Assembly (NCBI GenBank): GCA_963798955.1
Contig: CAWCVO010000003.1
Coordinates: 6,138 to 70,137 of the forward strand
Origin: an uncultured Chloroflexia bacterium
GTDB lineage: Bacteria; Chloroflexota; Limnocylindria; Limnocylindrales; CSP1-4
Length of the DNA: 64,000 nucleotides
Direction: 5' to 3'
Below, piece by piece: positions 7,740 to 17,765 of this stretch (its first letter is position 1; every line of letters starts with the position of its first letter). Position numbers and translations under genes: made by a program. The notes under the pieces are model-generated. The model was not told the DNA's origin and searched no databases. It saw only the letters and a program-made list of their open reading frames with translations.

Positions 7740-10700
7740 GACTCAAACTCCGTCGCCGGCCGCGTGCCGGCGTCGCTCTCGACTTCCTCCCGAACTTCGG
7801 GTGGCGGCAGGTGCGGCACCGTCCGGCTGATGCCAGCGAGCTGCTCGTAGTAGCGCCACCGCTCGTCGATGTCCGCCTGGGCCAGGACGGCCAGCTCCGC
7901 CGCGCGCTCCGGATGCGTGCGCTCCAGGATGGCGAAGCGCGTCTCCGACGCGATGAAGTCGCGCAGCGGAATGGACGGCTTGGTGGAGTCCAGCTTGAAC
8001 GGCCGACCCGCATCAATCTCCGACGGGCGGTAGCGGTACAGCGGCCAGTAGCCGGACCGGACCGCATCCTTCTGGTGGCTCATGGAGAGCGACATGTCGA
8101 TGCCGTGGGCGATGCAGGTCGAGTAGGCGATGATCAGCGACGGCCCCGGCCACGCGTCTGCCTCGAGCAGCGCCCGCAGCGTCTGCTGGTCGTTGGCACC
8201 CATGGATACCTGCGCGACGTAGACGTTGCCGTACGCCCGCGCGATCGCGCCCAGGTCCTTCTTCGTCGTCCCCTTCCCGGCAGCGGCGAACTTCGCCACT
8301 GCGCCGCGCGGCGTGGCCTTGCTGGCCTGGCCGCCGGTGTTCGAGTAGACCTCCGTGTCGAGCACCAGGATGTTGACGTTGCGGTTGGAGCTGAGCACCT
8401 GGTCGAGACCGCCGAAGCCGATGTCGTACGCCCAGCCGTCGCCACCGATGATCCAGATTCCCTGGCGCACGAGGCTGTCGGCGAGGGCGAGCAGCGTGCG
8501 CGCCGCGGCATTCGCAGGCGCGAGCTTCTCCAGGCTCGCCTTGAGCTGCCCGACACGCTCGCGCTGCTGGCGGATCTCCGCCTCGTCGCGACTGCGACGC
8601 GCCGAGGACCTCAGCCACGAGCTCGGGACCGACCTGTGGTGCGAGGCTCTCGAGCAGTCGACGTGCCTGGTCAGTCTGAGCATCGAGCGCCAGCCGGAAG
8701 CCAAGGCCGAACTCGGCGTTGTCCTCGAAGAGCGAGTTGTTCCAGGCCGGACCGCGCCCGGCGGCGTTGACGCTCCATGGCGTGGTGGGCAGGTTGGCGC
8801 CGTAGATGGACGAGCAACCGGTCGCGTTGGCGACGATCATCCGGTCGCCGAAGAGCTGGGTGACGAGGCGGATGTATGGCGTCTCGCCGCAGCCGCCGCA
8901 GGCGCCGGAGAACTCGAACAGCGGCTCGAGCAGCTGGCTGCCCTTGACGGTGTCGGCCGAGACGAGGTCGCTGTCCAGGCGCGGGATCGACTGGAAGAAG
9001 TCCCACCGCTCGCGCTCCACGTCACGGTGCTCGAGCACCGGCTCCATGTTGATCGCCTTGTGGCGCACCTCGGTCTTCGACTTGGCCGGGCAGACGTCGA
9101 CGCACACGCCGCAGCCGGTGCAATCGTCAGGCGCGACCTGGATCGTGAGCCGGTGGCCGGGCAACTCGCGCGACTTGAATTCCTTGTGGATGAAGCTCGC
9201 CGGCGCATCTGCCACGGCCGACTCGGGGAACACCTTCATCCGGATCGTGGCGTGCGGGCAGACCATCGCGCACTTGCCGCAGTCAATGCAGATCGACGGG
9301 TCCCAGACCGGGATGCTCTGGGCAATCTCGCGCTTCTCGTACTGTGTCGTGCCGGACGGGAACGTGCCGTCGACCGGCAGCGCGCTGACCGGTAGGCGGT
9401 CGCCCTCGCCGGCCATCATCACGGCGCTGACACGCTGGACGAACTCGGGCGCATCTGCCGGCAGGACGAAGCTGGCCGCGGCCTGGTCGCTCGGGCTGCC
9501 GAGCGGAACCTGCGTCAGGCGCTGCAGGCTGGCGTCGATCGCGGCGTAATTGCGGGCGACGACTGCTTCACCTCGCTTGGCATATGTCTTGTCGACGAAG
9601 CGCTTGATCTGGGCGATCGCCTCGTCCGCCGGCAGCACGCCTGCGAGCTGGAAGAAGCACGGCTGCATGATCGTGTTGATCCTGTTGCCCATGCCGGTCT
9701 CAGCGGCCACGGCGAGCGCGTCGATGACCCACAGCTTGATCTGCTTCTCGACCAGCTCGCGCTGGACGTCCGCCGGCAGGTGCTGCCAGACCTCGTCGGC
9801 CGGGTAGGGCGAGTTGAGCAGGAAGGTCGCGCCGTGCTTGGCGTGGTCGAGCATGCGCACCTTGCCCAGCAGGCCCCACTGATGACAGGCGATGAAGTCC
9901 GCCTTGTCGATCAGGTAGGTGGAGCGAATCGGCTGGGGCCCGAAACGCAGGTGGCTGACCGTCATCGAGCCCGACTTCTTGGAGTCGTAAACGAAGTAGC
10001 CCTGCGCGAAGAGGTCGGTCTCCTCGGCGATGATCTTGACCGACGCCTTGTTGGCACCGACCGTCCCGTCGGCACCCAGGCCATAGAACATCGCCTGCAC
10101 CTCGCCGCTCGGGCGGGGCGGGCTGAACTCGAAGTCGATCGGCAGCGATAGGTTGCTGACGTCGTCGTAGATGCCGACCGTGAAGCGGCGCCGTGGCGCC
10201 CGCGCGGTGAGCTCGTCGAAGATGGGCTTGACCATCTGCGGCGTGAACTCCTTGGAGCCCAGGCCGTAGCGGCCGCCCACGATGCGCGGCGCCTGGGCGA
10301 AGCGCGAAGTGTCGCCCTCGGCCTCCTCGGCGAGCGCGGCACGCACCGCCAGGTAGAGCGGCTCGCCCATCGCGCCGGGCTCCTTGGTCCGATCGAGCAC
10401 CGCGATCGCGCGCGTCGTCTGCGGCAGCGCCGCGAGAAGGGCATCCGCCGGGAAGGGCTGGAACAGGCGGACGCTGACCATGCCCACCCGCCCACCGCCG
10501 GCGTTGAGCTCATCGACCGTCTCACGCACGGTGCCGGTGCCCGAGCCCATCACGACGATGACGCGTTCGGCATCCGACGCGCCGTGGTAGTCGACCAGGT
10601 TGTAGCGGCGGCCGGTGCGCTCGGCGAACTCGGCCATGACTTCGCCCACGATCCCCGGCACGGCATCGTGGAAGCGGTTGGCCGCCTCGCGCGCCTGGAA

Positions 10701-11375
10701 GAAGACATCCGGGTTCTGGGCAGTGCCGCGAACGACCGGCGCATCCGGTGTAAGGCCGCGCCGCCGGAACTCCAGGACATCGGACTCACGAACCAGCGCC
10801 GCCAGGTCGTCATCGGTGAGCAGCTGGATCTTGTCGACCTCGTGGCTGGTGCGGAAGCCGTCGAAGAAATGCAGGAACGGCACCCGGCTGCGGAGCGTCG
10901 CGGCGTGCGCGACAAGCGCCAGGTCGTGGGCTTCCTGGACGGAGCCGGACGCGAGCATCGCCCAGCCGGTGCTGCGCGCATGCATCACGTCGCTGTGGTC
11001 GCCGAAGATCGAAAGCGCGTGCGTAGCGATCGTCCGCGCTGCGACGTGGATGACAGTCGGCGTCAGCTCGCCGCAGATCTTGAACATGTTGGGGATCATC
11101 AGCAGCAGGCCCTGGCTGGCCGTGAAGGTCGTGGCGAGGCTGCCCTTCTGGAGGGCGCCGTGCAGCGCGCCGGCCGCGCCGGCCTCGGACTGCATCTCGA
11201 TGACCTCGGGCACCTGGCCCCACAGGTTCGGCTTGCGCGCGGCAGACCAGTCGTCCGAGTGCTCGGCCATTGGCGACGCGGGTGTGATGGGGTAGATCGC
11301 GATGATCTCCGACAGGGCGTAAGCGACGCGCGCCGCCGCTTCGTTGCCGTCTATTGCTTCCCAGAGCGGGGCCAC
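7736..11375 (-). CDS. nifJ: Pyruvate:ferredoxin (flavodoxin) oxidoreductase, single-polypeptide NifJ type. Interrupted by one single-base frameshift near 8595-8610.
   Basis: Track ORF 8013..11375 carries the PFOR N-terminus (MAPLWEAIDGNEAAARVAYALSEIIAIYPITPASPMAEHSDDW…, two 4Fe-4S Cys clusters CIDCGKCAMVCP/CTGCGVCVDVCP) and then runs into Arg-rich out-of-frame text after …VAEVLGASQ. Track ORF 7736..8704 carries the in-frame PFOR C-terminus (…RDEAEIRQQRERVGQLK…GIWIIGGDGWAYDIGFGGLDQVL…LDTEVYSNTGGQASKATP…) preceded by out-of-frame text. The two frames meet in the tract tcgcagtcgcgacgaggcgg. Confidence 0.85.
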
Positions 11376-11535
11376 TTGGATCTCCTGGTGCTACGTCTTC
11401 CGCTGCTTCTCGGCGCACACGGGCTGCTGGCGCTCGGCTGACCTGAGCCTACATCCGCCCGGAGCAGGATGGGGTGGGTCCGATGTCGCTCTTGAGGGGG
11501 TCACTCGACACGGGTCTGACAGGCCTCTTGCGTGA

Positions 11536-12516
11536 TCAAGGAGTGATCACGACCTTGCCGCTGGCTTTGCCCTGGTCGACCCAGGCGAGCGCGTCGGCGA
11601 CCTCCTCCAGCGGGAAGCGGCGGTCGATGCGCGGCTCGAGCGTTCCTCCGGCCACGAGGCGGAGGACCTCCTCGATGTCCGACTGCTTGAACGGCCGCCA
11701 CGAGAGCATCAGGCCCATCGTCTTGCGCGTCGCCAGCTTGTAAACCGGCTGCATCACCGCCAGCGACAGCAGCCACCAGCCGGTGCCGCCCATCGCCTGG
11801 TAGACGCCGCGCGGCTTGAGTGCCCCGCGCCAGCGACCCAGCGTTTGGTGGGCGTGGACGTCGACGATCCAGTCGTAGCGCTCGGCGGGCCGTGTGTAGT
11901 CGGTCGTCCGGTAGTCGATCACCTCGTCCGCGCCGAGCGAGCGCATGAAGTCGGCCTTGTCCCCGTTGCCTACCGCCGTGACATGCGCACCGCGCGCTTT
12001 GGCCAGCTGGACGAGGAAGGGGCCGACGTTGCCGGTAGCTCCCACCACGAGCAGCCGATCACCCTCCCCGACCGTCCGACCGTTGCCCAGGCGCAGACCT
12101 TGGATGGCCAGGTTGGCTGAGTGCGGCAGGGTCGCGGCAGTCTCGAACGGGATGCCGTCCGGGATGGGCAGCCACGCCTTCGCCGGCGCGGCCACGTACT
12201 GCGCGAACGCGCCCGCGCCGTACGGGTAGAGGTCGGCGAAGACGCGATCACCGACCTTGAAGCTCGTGACGCCCTCCCCCACTGCCTCGACCACGCCGGC
12301 GGCGTCGACACCGACGCGCTTCTGCCGTGGCCGGCGCGGCCCCAGGAACAGGCGCAGGATCCGTGGCTCGGGGATGAGCGAGTCGAGGTCGACGCGGTTG
12401 ACCGACGCGGCATGCAGCTTGACCAGGATCTGGCCGGGCGCGGGCGTTGGCTTCGCGAGGTCGCGCACCTCGACGACTTCTGGTCCGCCCCAGCGCTCGC
12501 GCCACGCCGCCCGCAT
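11536..12516 (-). CDS. Zinc-binding alcohol dehydrogenase / quinone oxidoreductase (MDR superfamily).
   Basis: …GQILVKLHAASVNRVDL… VGDRVF… LLVVGATGNVGPFLVQLAKARGAHVTAV… is the Rossmann GxxGxxG. Start taken at MRAAWRERWGGPEVVEV (Met 16 of track ORF). Confidence 0.75.
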   Translation of the reverse strand: MRAAWRERWGGPEVVEVRDLAKPTPAPGQILVKLHAASVNRVDLDSLIPEPRILRLFLGPRRPRQKRVGVDAAGVVEAVGEGVTSFKVGDRVFADLYPYGAGAFAQYVAAPAKAWLPIPDGIPFETAATLPHSANLAIQGLRLGNGRTVGEGDRLLVVGATGNVGPFLVQLAKARGAHVTAVGNGDKADFMRSLGADEVIDYRTTDYTRPAERYDWIVDVHAHQTLGRWRGALKPRGVYQAMGGTGWWLLSLAVMQPVYKLATRKTMGLMLSWRPFKQSDIEEVLRLVAGGTLEPRIDRRFPLEEVADALAWVDQGKASGKVVITP

Positions 12517-12532
12517 CGCGAGGTTGAGCGGG

Positions 12533-12817
12533 CTAACGCGAGACGACGAGTTGCTCGGCACCGTCCCGTGCCGACACGTCGAGCGTGGCGTCGTCGAGCG
12601 CCTCGGCGACGGCGGGCGCTATGTAGGCCGTCAGCCCCTGCTGCTCGGTGACCTGATCGCCCGGCTGCGCCTCGGGCGCGAAGCTCAGCGCGAGGCTGGG
12701 CTGAGTCTCGCCTTCTGGCAGGGCCACCGAAAGTCGAACCGCGTAGGTGTCCGGCGTTCCGGTCTGTTCGCGTGTCTCGATCAGCTTCTGGGCGGCCTTC
12801 TCGGTAATGGTCAGCAT
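12533..12817 (-). CDS. HesB/IscA-like fold protein lacking the conserved cysteines (function unknown).
   Basis: 94 aa MLTITEKAAQKLIE…YAVRLSVA…LALSFAPEAQPGDQV…GLTAYIAPAVAEAL. This resembles the Fe-S_biosyn domain but has no Cys. Low-confidence family call. Confidence 0.35.
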   Translation of the reverse strand: MLTITEKAAQKLIETREQTGTPDTYAVRLSVALPEGETQPSLALSFAPEAQPGDQVTEQQGLTAYIAPAVAEALDDATLDVSARDGAEQLVVSR

Positions 12818-12977
12818 TCAGCGTCTCCTTTCCGGCTTGAAGGGCAAACCCCTACCCTGCCCTCTGACACCCGATGCTGTCAAACGCGACTCCGATCCGC
12901 AACCGTGCACTTTTGCCGACCCCGTGGAAAGCATCCTGGGCGTGTACCGAACCGTGGACGCGAGTCGTCCAGTCAGC

Positions 12978-14372
12978 TCATCCGTGTGACGGCGCCGGAT
13001 CGTGCCAGCGGTCACCGTGGACGAGGACTCGCGCGGCTTCCGCTGGACCCCAACTGCCCGGCTCGTAGGGCAAGGGCGCCCTGCCCTGATCGAGTACGCC
13101 ATCGACGACCCGCCAGGCGGCCTCGACCCAATCCTCACGCGCGAACAGCGCCTGGTCGCCGACCAGCGCATCACCGATCAACCGCTGATATGGCGGGCGC
13201 GCATCCAGACTGCGGTGCGCGGCATATAGCTCGACCGGCTCGCCGATCATCGCCTCGCCCGCCTTCTTGGCGCGAGCGCCCAGCGATATCGACATGTCCG
13301 GCGTCAGGCGGAAGCGGAAGTAGTCGGCATCGCGCGGCTCGGTCTCACCCAGGACCGCCCTTGCCGGTCGCTTCAGCTCGACCCGCACCTCCGTGGCCGT
13401 GACCGGCAGGCACTTGCCGGTCCGGATGTAGATGGGAACGCCGTGCCAGCGCGGCGTGCCGATGCGCAGGCGCAGCGCGGCGAAGGTCTCGACGGTGGAG
13501 TTCGCCGCGACTCCCGTGACGGCGCGGTAGCCGTGGTACTGCCCACGTACGATGTCCCTGGGCTTGAGCGGCGCGATGGAACCGACCACGCGCGCCTGCT
13601 CGTCTCGAATTTTCTCCGCCGACTGACCAGTCGGTGGCTCCATGGCCAGCAGGCTCACCACCTGCAGCAGGTGGTTCTGGACGACATCGCGGATGGCGCC
13701 CTCGGCGTCGTAGAAGGCGCCGCGATCGGCAACGTCGAGCGTCTCGGGCATGTTGATCTGGATGCTCGCCACGTGCCGGTGATTCCAGAGCGGCTCCATG
13801 AAGGAATTCGCGAAACGGAAGTAGAGCAGGTTCTGGACGGGCTCCTTGCCCAGGTAGTGGTCGATCCGGAAGACGGCCGCCTCGGCGAAGATCGAATGGA
13901 TGCGCTTATTGAGTGCCTGGGCCGACGCAAAGTCGTGGCCAAAGGGCTTCTCGACGATGATCCGCGCTCCGGCGGCGCACCCGGATGCACCCAGGTTGTC
14001 GACAACCTCCCCGAAGAGGACCGGCGGGACCGCCAGGTAGTGCAGCGGGTGGCGGGCGTCGCCCAGCTCGCGGCGCAGGGCGTGGAAGGTCTCCGGGTCA
14101 TCGTCGGAACCCTTGACGTAATGCAGGTGGTCCGTGAGCGTTCGTGCCGCCGCGTCGTCGGTGAAGCCATGGGTGCGCAGGCTGTCGCGTGCGCGCTGGC
14201 GGAGGCTCTCGAGATCACCCGAGCGGGCGACGCCGATGATCGGTATGTCGAGGCCATCGTCGCGGACGAGGCCGGCGAGCGCCGGGAAAATCTGCTTGAA
14301 GGCGAGGTCGCCGGTGGCTCCGAAGAAGACGAAAGCGTCTGATGTGCTGTTGGGAATCGTCGGATCCCTCAA
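12978..14372 (-). CDS. zwf: Glucose-6-phosphate 1-dehydrogenase.
   Basis: FVFFGATGDLAFKQIFPAL (NADP site), RIDHYLGKE (active-site motif), and …VVQNHLLQVVSLLAMEPP… along the full length. Confidence 0.9.
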   Translation of the reverse strand: MRDPTIPNSTSDAFVFFGATGDLAFKQIFPALAGLVRDDGLDIPIIGVARSGDLESLRQRARDSLRTHGFTDDAAARTLTDHLHYVKGSDDDPETFHALRRELGDARHPLHYLAVPPVLFGEVVDNLGASGCAAGARIIVEKPFGHDFASAQALNKRIHSIFAEAAVFRIDHYLGKEPVQNLLYFRFANSFMEPLWNHRHVASIQINMPETLDVADRGAFYDAEGAIRDVVQNHLLQVVSLLAMEPPTGQSAEKIRDEQARVVGSIAPLKPRDIVRGQYHGYRAVTGVAANSTVETFAALRLRIGTPRWHGVPIYIRTGKCLPVTATEVRVELKRPARAVLGETEPRDADYFRFRLTPDMSISLGARAKKAGEAMIGEPVELYAAHRSLDARPPYQRLIGDALVGDQALFAREDWVEAAWRVVDGVLDQGRAPLPYEPGSWGPAEAARVLVHGDRWHDPAPSHG

Positions 14373-14759
14373 TCGCCGCGGCGCGCGGGCGATGGCCCTG
14401 GGCCGTTTGCTTCGTGGCGGCGCTGCTCCTCGACCGTTCTCTCGGCGAGTGGTTCCACTTCGAGTCGGTCGTCCGGAATCGGCAGCCCGCTGTCGACCGA
14501 CCGGCCGTAGGTACCCTCGGCCAGGCGTTGCTCGGCGCGAACCACGGCGGCGAGCTGACTGCGCAGGTCGGCGGCGAGGGCCGTGGACACTGCCTCGGCT
14601 GCGAGGCCGCTGCCGGCATCTTCGTACTCACCGGTCTGCTGGCGCTCCAGGCGCCCCTCGTCCCTGATCTCGCGGTCATATACAGCTAACGAGGCTTCAA
14701 TTCTTGCCCGTTCGCGGGCTACCAGTTCACGCGCGCGCTCTACGTCCACGATCACCTCC
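14369..14759 (-). CDS. TraR/DksA-family protein with a degenerate (Cys-less) zinc-finger region.
   Basis: C-terminal …AAVVRAEQRLAEGTYGRSVDSGLPIPDDRLEVEPLAERTVEEQ matches the DksA/TraR C4 region, with Cys replaced (GRSVDSG instead of CxxCG). GTG start at 14759 is preceded by AGGAGG. The stop overlaps the zwf start (ATGA-type coupling). Confidence 0.5.
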
Positions 14760-14766
14760 TGCCCGC

Positions 14767-15330
14767 TCAGGATAGGCGCCGGTACTGCAGCGCGACCGCG
14801 CCAGAGCCGTACTCGACCCTTCCCGTGAGCTCCAGGTCCAGGGGTTTGGATAGGCCCGCCAGAAGAGTTGGCCCGTGGCCGGCGATCCGCGGCTGCACCA
14901 CGAACTCGTATTCGTCGATCAGCCCCAGCTCCGCCAGTCTCAGCGGGAGTGTCACGCCGCCGGTCATGAGTCCCTTGCCCGGCTGCCGCTTCAACTCCCT
15001 GACGGCCGCCTCCAGCTGGTCGCCGCGCACCAGCTCGGCGTTCCAGTCCACCTGGGAAAGGCTGTCCGACACGACGTACTTCTTGGCCGCGTCGATAGTG
15101 CGTGCGAACGGCAGCATCCACTCGTCCATCCAGTCGGGCAGCACCTGCGACCGTGCGGGCTCACGCCACGCCGCCTCCATCATCTCGTAGGTCACGCGGC
15201 CAAAGATGAGCGCATCCGCCAGCGCGATGCCCTCCCCAGCGCGACGATGCAGCTCCTCGTCCGCGATCATCTCCCGATGATCGACGCAACCATCGAGCGT
15301 CACGTTGATCGAATACAGCAAGAGTCGCAT
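14767..15330 (-). CDS. Dihydrofolate-reductase-family protein (RibD_C type), paralog 2.
   Basis: MRLLLYSINVTLDGCVDH…IFGRVTYEMM…GLMTGGVTLPLRLAELGLIDEYEFVVQPRIAGHGPTLL. Start taken at internal Met 72 of track ORF 14767..15543. Confidence 0.7.
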   Translation of the reverse strand: MRLLLYSINVTLDGCVDHREMIADEELHRRAGEGIALADALIFGRVTYEMMEAAWREPARSQVLPDWMDEWMLPFARTIDAAKKYVVSDSLSQVDWNAELVRGDQLEAAVRELKRQPGKGLMTGGVTLPLRLAELGLIDEYEFVVQPRIAGHGPTLLAGLSKPLDLELTGRVEYGSGAVALQYRRLS

Positions 15331-15523
15331 CGAGCAACATTGCCACGACTTAAGCCCGATTGTTGTGCCAGGCGGACGGACCGACTTAACCGAGGAGGCA
15401 AAAGGGCCGCATATCCAGGATGGCGCCGGCACTCGAGACTGGCGACCACTTTCCCTGGTGCGGCGCAGGTTATTGTGGTGGTCGCCATCGTCTGGGCGAG
15501 CGTGATACGCGGGGTGATCAAGT

Positions 15524-15896
15524 GAGCGAGGACGACAAGCCACTTACCACAGCGCGGGCACTCGAGGAATGGCGCGCGGCAGAGCAGGCTGCCGCCGTAG
15601 CCCGGCGAGGAAAATTAGCGGCCCTGGCCGCAGTTCAAGCTGCCGAAGAGGCAGCCGCGGCGGCCTTGGCAACCGCCGATGCGGCAAAGACCGCGCTCGC
15701 CGCGGCGACCCTGGCCGAGACGTCAGCGGCCAAGACAGCAGCCAGTGCCCGCCTCGTCACCGAGAGCGCGCGGGCCGGCTCTACGGATGCAGATGCCGAG
15801 TCGGCCTTGGCGGACGTTGACGAGGAGGTCGCTCACGACGCATACCGCAAGGCCGCCGACGCCGCGTCGAGGCGCACGCCCGCCGAAGGCAGCTAG
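15524..15896 (+). CDS. Hypothetical Ala-rich protein (weak call).
   Basis: The ORF is open with a GTG start, but the composition is low-complexity Ala/Glu-rich (…[36 protein letters not shown]…). It could be a spurious GC-driven ORF. Confidence 0.2.
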
Positions 15897-15991
15897 ACCG
15901 TCGCTCAGCAAACTCACGCGAAACCACATTGCCACGATCGAGCACCTGTCGGTGCCGTTCTCAGAGAAGCAGTTGCAGCACCGTCACTTGC

Positions 15992-16579
15992 TTACGGCAG
16001 CCGGCCGGCAGGTCTGTAGGTCAGGATCAGCACGCCGCTGGGAGTGGTCTGAGACTCCACCAGCTCCATGTCATGCGTCGGGCCGCTCTCGGGGAAGAGG
16101 CGCAGCCCCTCCCCCACGACCACCGGTGCCACCCGGAAGTTCAGCTCGTCGACCAGGTCGTGCTCGAGCAACCAACGGAGCAGCACCCCGCTGCCGTGGA
16201 CCTGCAGCTCACGCCCCGGCTGCGCCTTGAGCTGGCGCACCGCGGCGTCCACGTCGCCGCTCAGGAAGTGGGTGTTGTCCCACGGCGAGCTGGCTAGCGT
16301 GGTCGAGGGCACGTACCTCGGCACGCGGTTGATGGTGTGGCCGATGGGGTTGTCGTCGTGTGCCGGCCAGTACGGCTCCCAGATCTGGAAGGTCCGCCTG
16401 CCCAGGAGCAGCGCATCCGCCCGTTCGAGCAGCGACGTGATGTGGCGGCCGGTCTCCGCGTCGGCGTGAGAGCCCGCCCAGCCGCCACGGTCGAAGCCGC
16501 CGCGGCGGTCCTCGTCGGGACCTCCGGGGCCCTGGTACACCCCGTCCAGGGTGATCATCTCCGTTGCGATCAGCTTCAT
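15992..16579 (-). CDS. Dihydrofolate-reductase-family protein (RibD_C type), paralog 3.
   Basis: MKLIATEMITLDGVYQGPGGPDEDRRGGF…LGRRTFQIW…LQVHGSGVLLRWLLEHDLVDELNFRVAPVVVGEGLRLF. Start overlaps the upstream S4 gene stop (ATGA). Confidence 0.7.
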   Translation of the reverse strand: MKLIATEMITLDGVYQGPGGPDEDRRGGFDRGGWAGSHADAETGRHITSLLERADALLLGRRTFQIWEPYWPAHDDNPIGHTINRVPRYVPSTTLASSPWDNTHFLSGDVDAAVRQLKAQPGRELQVHGSGVLLRWLLEHDLVDELNFRVAPVVVGEGLRLFPESGPTHDMELVESQTTPSGVLILTYRPAGRLP

Positions 16580-16965
16580 CTGCTCCCTGCCTGTCGGCGC
16601 ATCCGTTCGAGTTCCCGTCGGAGCCGCTTGCTGGGCCTGCCTTCTCCGCGCATCACCTTGATGCCGGGCGTGATCTCCGAGACTACCGGCGTTGGGCTGT
16701 GGTCCACGTAACAGGTCACGGCGACTGGAGCACCGACCCGATTTTCGATCGCGCGCACCACCTCCACGATACGCTCGCGGCCGGCGATCAGGGCTTCGAC
16801 CCGGTCGCCCGGCTGCACCCTGGCCGAGGGCTTTGCGCTCGTCCCGTTGACGCGCACGTGGCCGCCATCACACAGCTGTGTCGCCATCGGGCGCGTCTTG
16901 ACCAGGCGCACCGCACACAGCCAACGATCGATCCGTGTCCCTTCGCTGCGATCCGCGTCGCTCAC
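16576..16965 (-). CDS. S4-domain RNA-binding protein (Hsp15/YlmH-like small S4 protein).
   Basis: …TRIDRWLCAVRLVKTRPMATQLCDGGHVRVNGTSAKPSARVQPGDRVEA… is the S4 motif. GTG start 16965 overlaps the ABC permease stop (GTGA). The rest of track ORF 16576..17397 is out-of-frame overlap. Confidence 0.65.
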   Translation of the reverse strand: MSDADRSEGTRIDRWLCAVRLVKTRPMATQLCDGGHVRVNGTSAKPSARVQPGDRVEALIAGRERIVEVVRAIENRVGAPVAVTCYVDHSPTPVVSEITPGIKVMRGEGRPSKRLRRELERMRRQAGSR

Positions 16966-17765
16966 GCGGGCGCGGCGAGATCGCGCCGCGGGAAGACGAT
17001 CCACGCGTAGAGCAGCGCCACGGCGCCGACCACCAGCAGCACCGCCGCGTCGAACACCTGGAGCCCCTCGCGCAGGACCATCTCCGGCTTCAGGTAGTAG
17101 AAAAGCGAGTACGGCTGGAGCCAGGCCGCGTCGGGCCACAGCGAGCCGATGATCTGCAGGAAGTACATCACCAGCACGATGGCCAGGGTGATCGCCGCCG
17201 CCGGGCCCGGCCGGTCGAAACTGACCGACGCGGCGAAGCTCATCGCCGCGATCGCGAAATAGAGCAGGACGCCGTTCAGCCACAGCAGCGGCATGTTCTG
17301 GAGCTCGATCTGGTCGAGCATGTTTGTTGCCGCGGCCCCGATGACGGTGCCGGCCAGCGATGCGGCCATCGCGAGCCCAATGAACAGGATCGCGCACACC
17401 AGCAGCGTGACCAGGTACGACCGCCGCGAGACGGGCCGGGCGAGGACGATCTCGAGCGTGCCGCGCTGCCGCTCGCCGGCCACGCCGCTGAGCGGCAGGA
17501 CGATGGCGAAGACCGCCAGGAGGGCGATCGCGATGGGGTGGATGTAGCCGAACGCCACCGTACCCGAGAGCGTGAACAGGTCGCCACCGCCGAAGCTCAT
17601 GAACTGCTGCAAGGCCGGGAACTGCTGCACGATGGCCTGCGCCTGCAGGCCGAAGGCCGTGTAGACGACCGGCATGAGCATGCCCCAGGCAACCAGTGCC
17701 ACCACGACGGCGATGATCCGCGCGCGCTGTTGGCGCACCACGTGACGAAATACGGTGGCGTTCAC
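16962..17765 (-). CDS. ABC-2 family transporter permease.
   Basis: 267 aa with six predicted TM helices in an ABC-2 topology. Start overlaps the ATPase stop (17762-17765). Confidence 0.7.
   Translation of the reverse strand: MNATVFRHVVRQQRARIIAVVVALVAWGMLMPVVYTAFGLQAQAIVQQFPALQQFMSFGGGDLFTLSGTVAFGYIHPIAIALLAVFAIVLPLSGVAGERQRGTLEIVLARPVSRRSYLVTLLVCAILFIGLAMAASLAGTVIGAAATNMLDQIELQNMPLLWLNGVLLYFAIAAMSFAASVSFDRPGPAAAITLAIVLVMYFLQIIGSLWPDAAWLQPYSLFYYLKPEMVLREGLQVFDAAVLLVVGAVALLYAWIVFPRRDLAAPA

Noticed and set aside
11531-11553. Perfect 8-bp inverted repeat cgtgatca-aggag-tgatcacg at the 3' end of the alcohol dehydrogenase gene.
   Set aside because: It overlaps the stop codon and has no downstream U-tract. 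There is insufficient evidence for an intrinsic terminator, so it is noted only as a possible RNA hairpin.
13443-14342. 299-aa plus-strand ORF.
   Set aside because: Antisense to zwf, whose protein is strongly conserved. No protein-like motifs.
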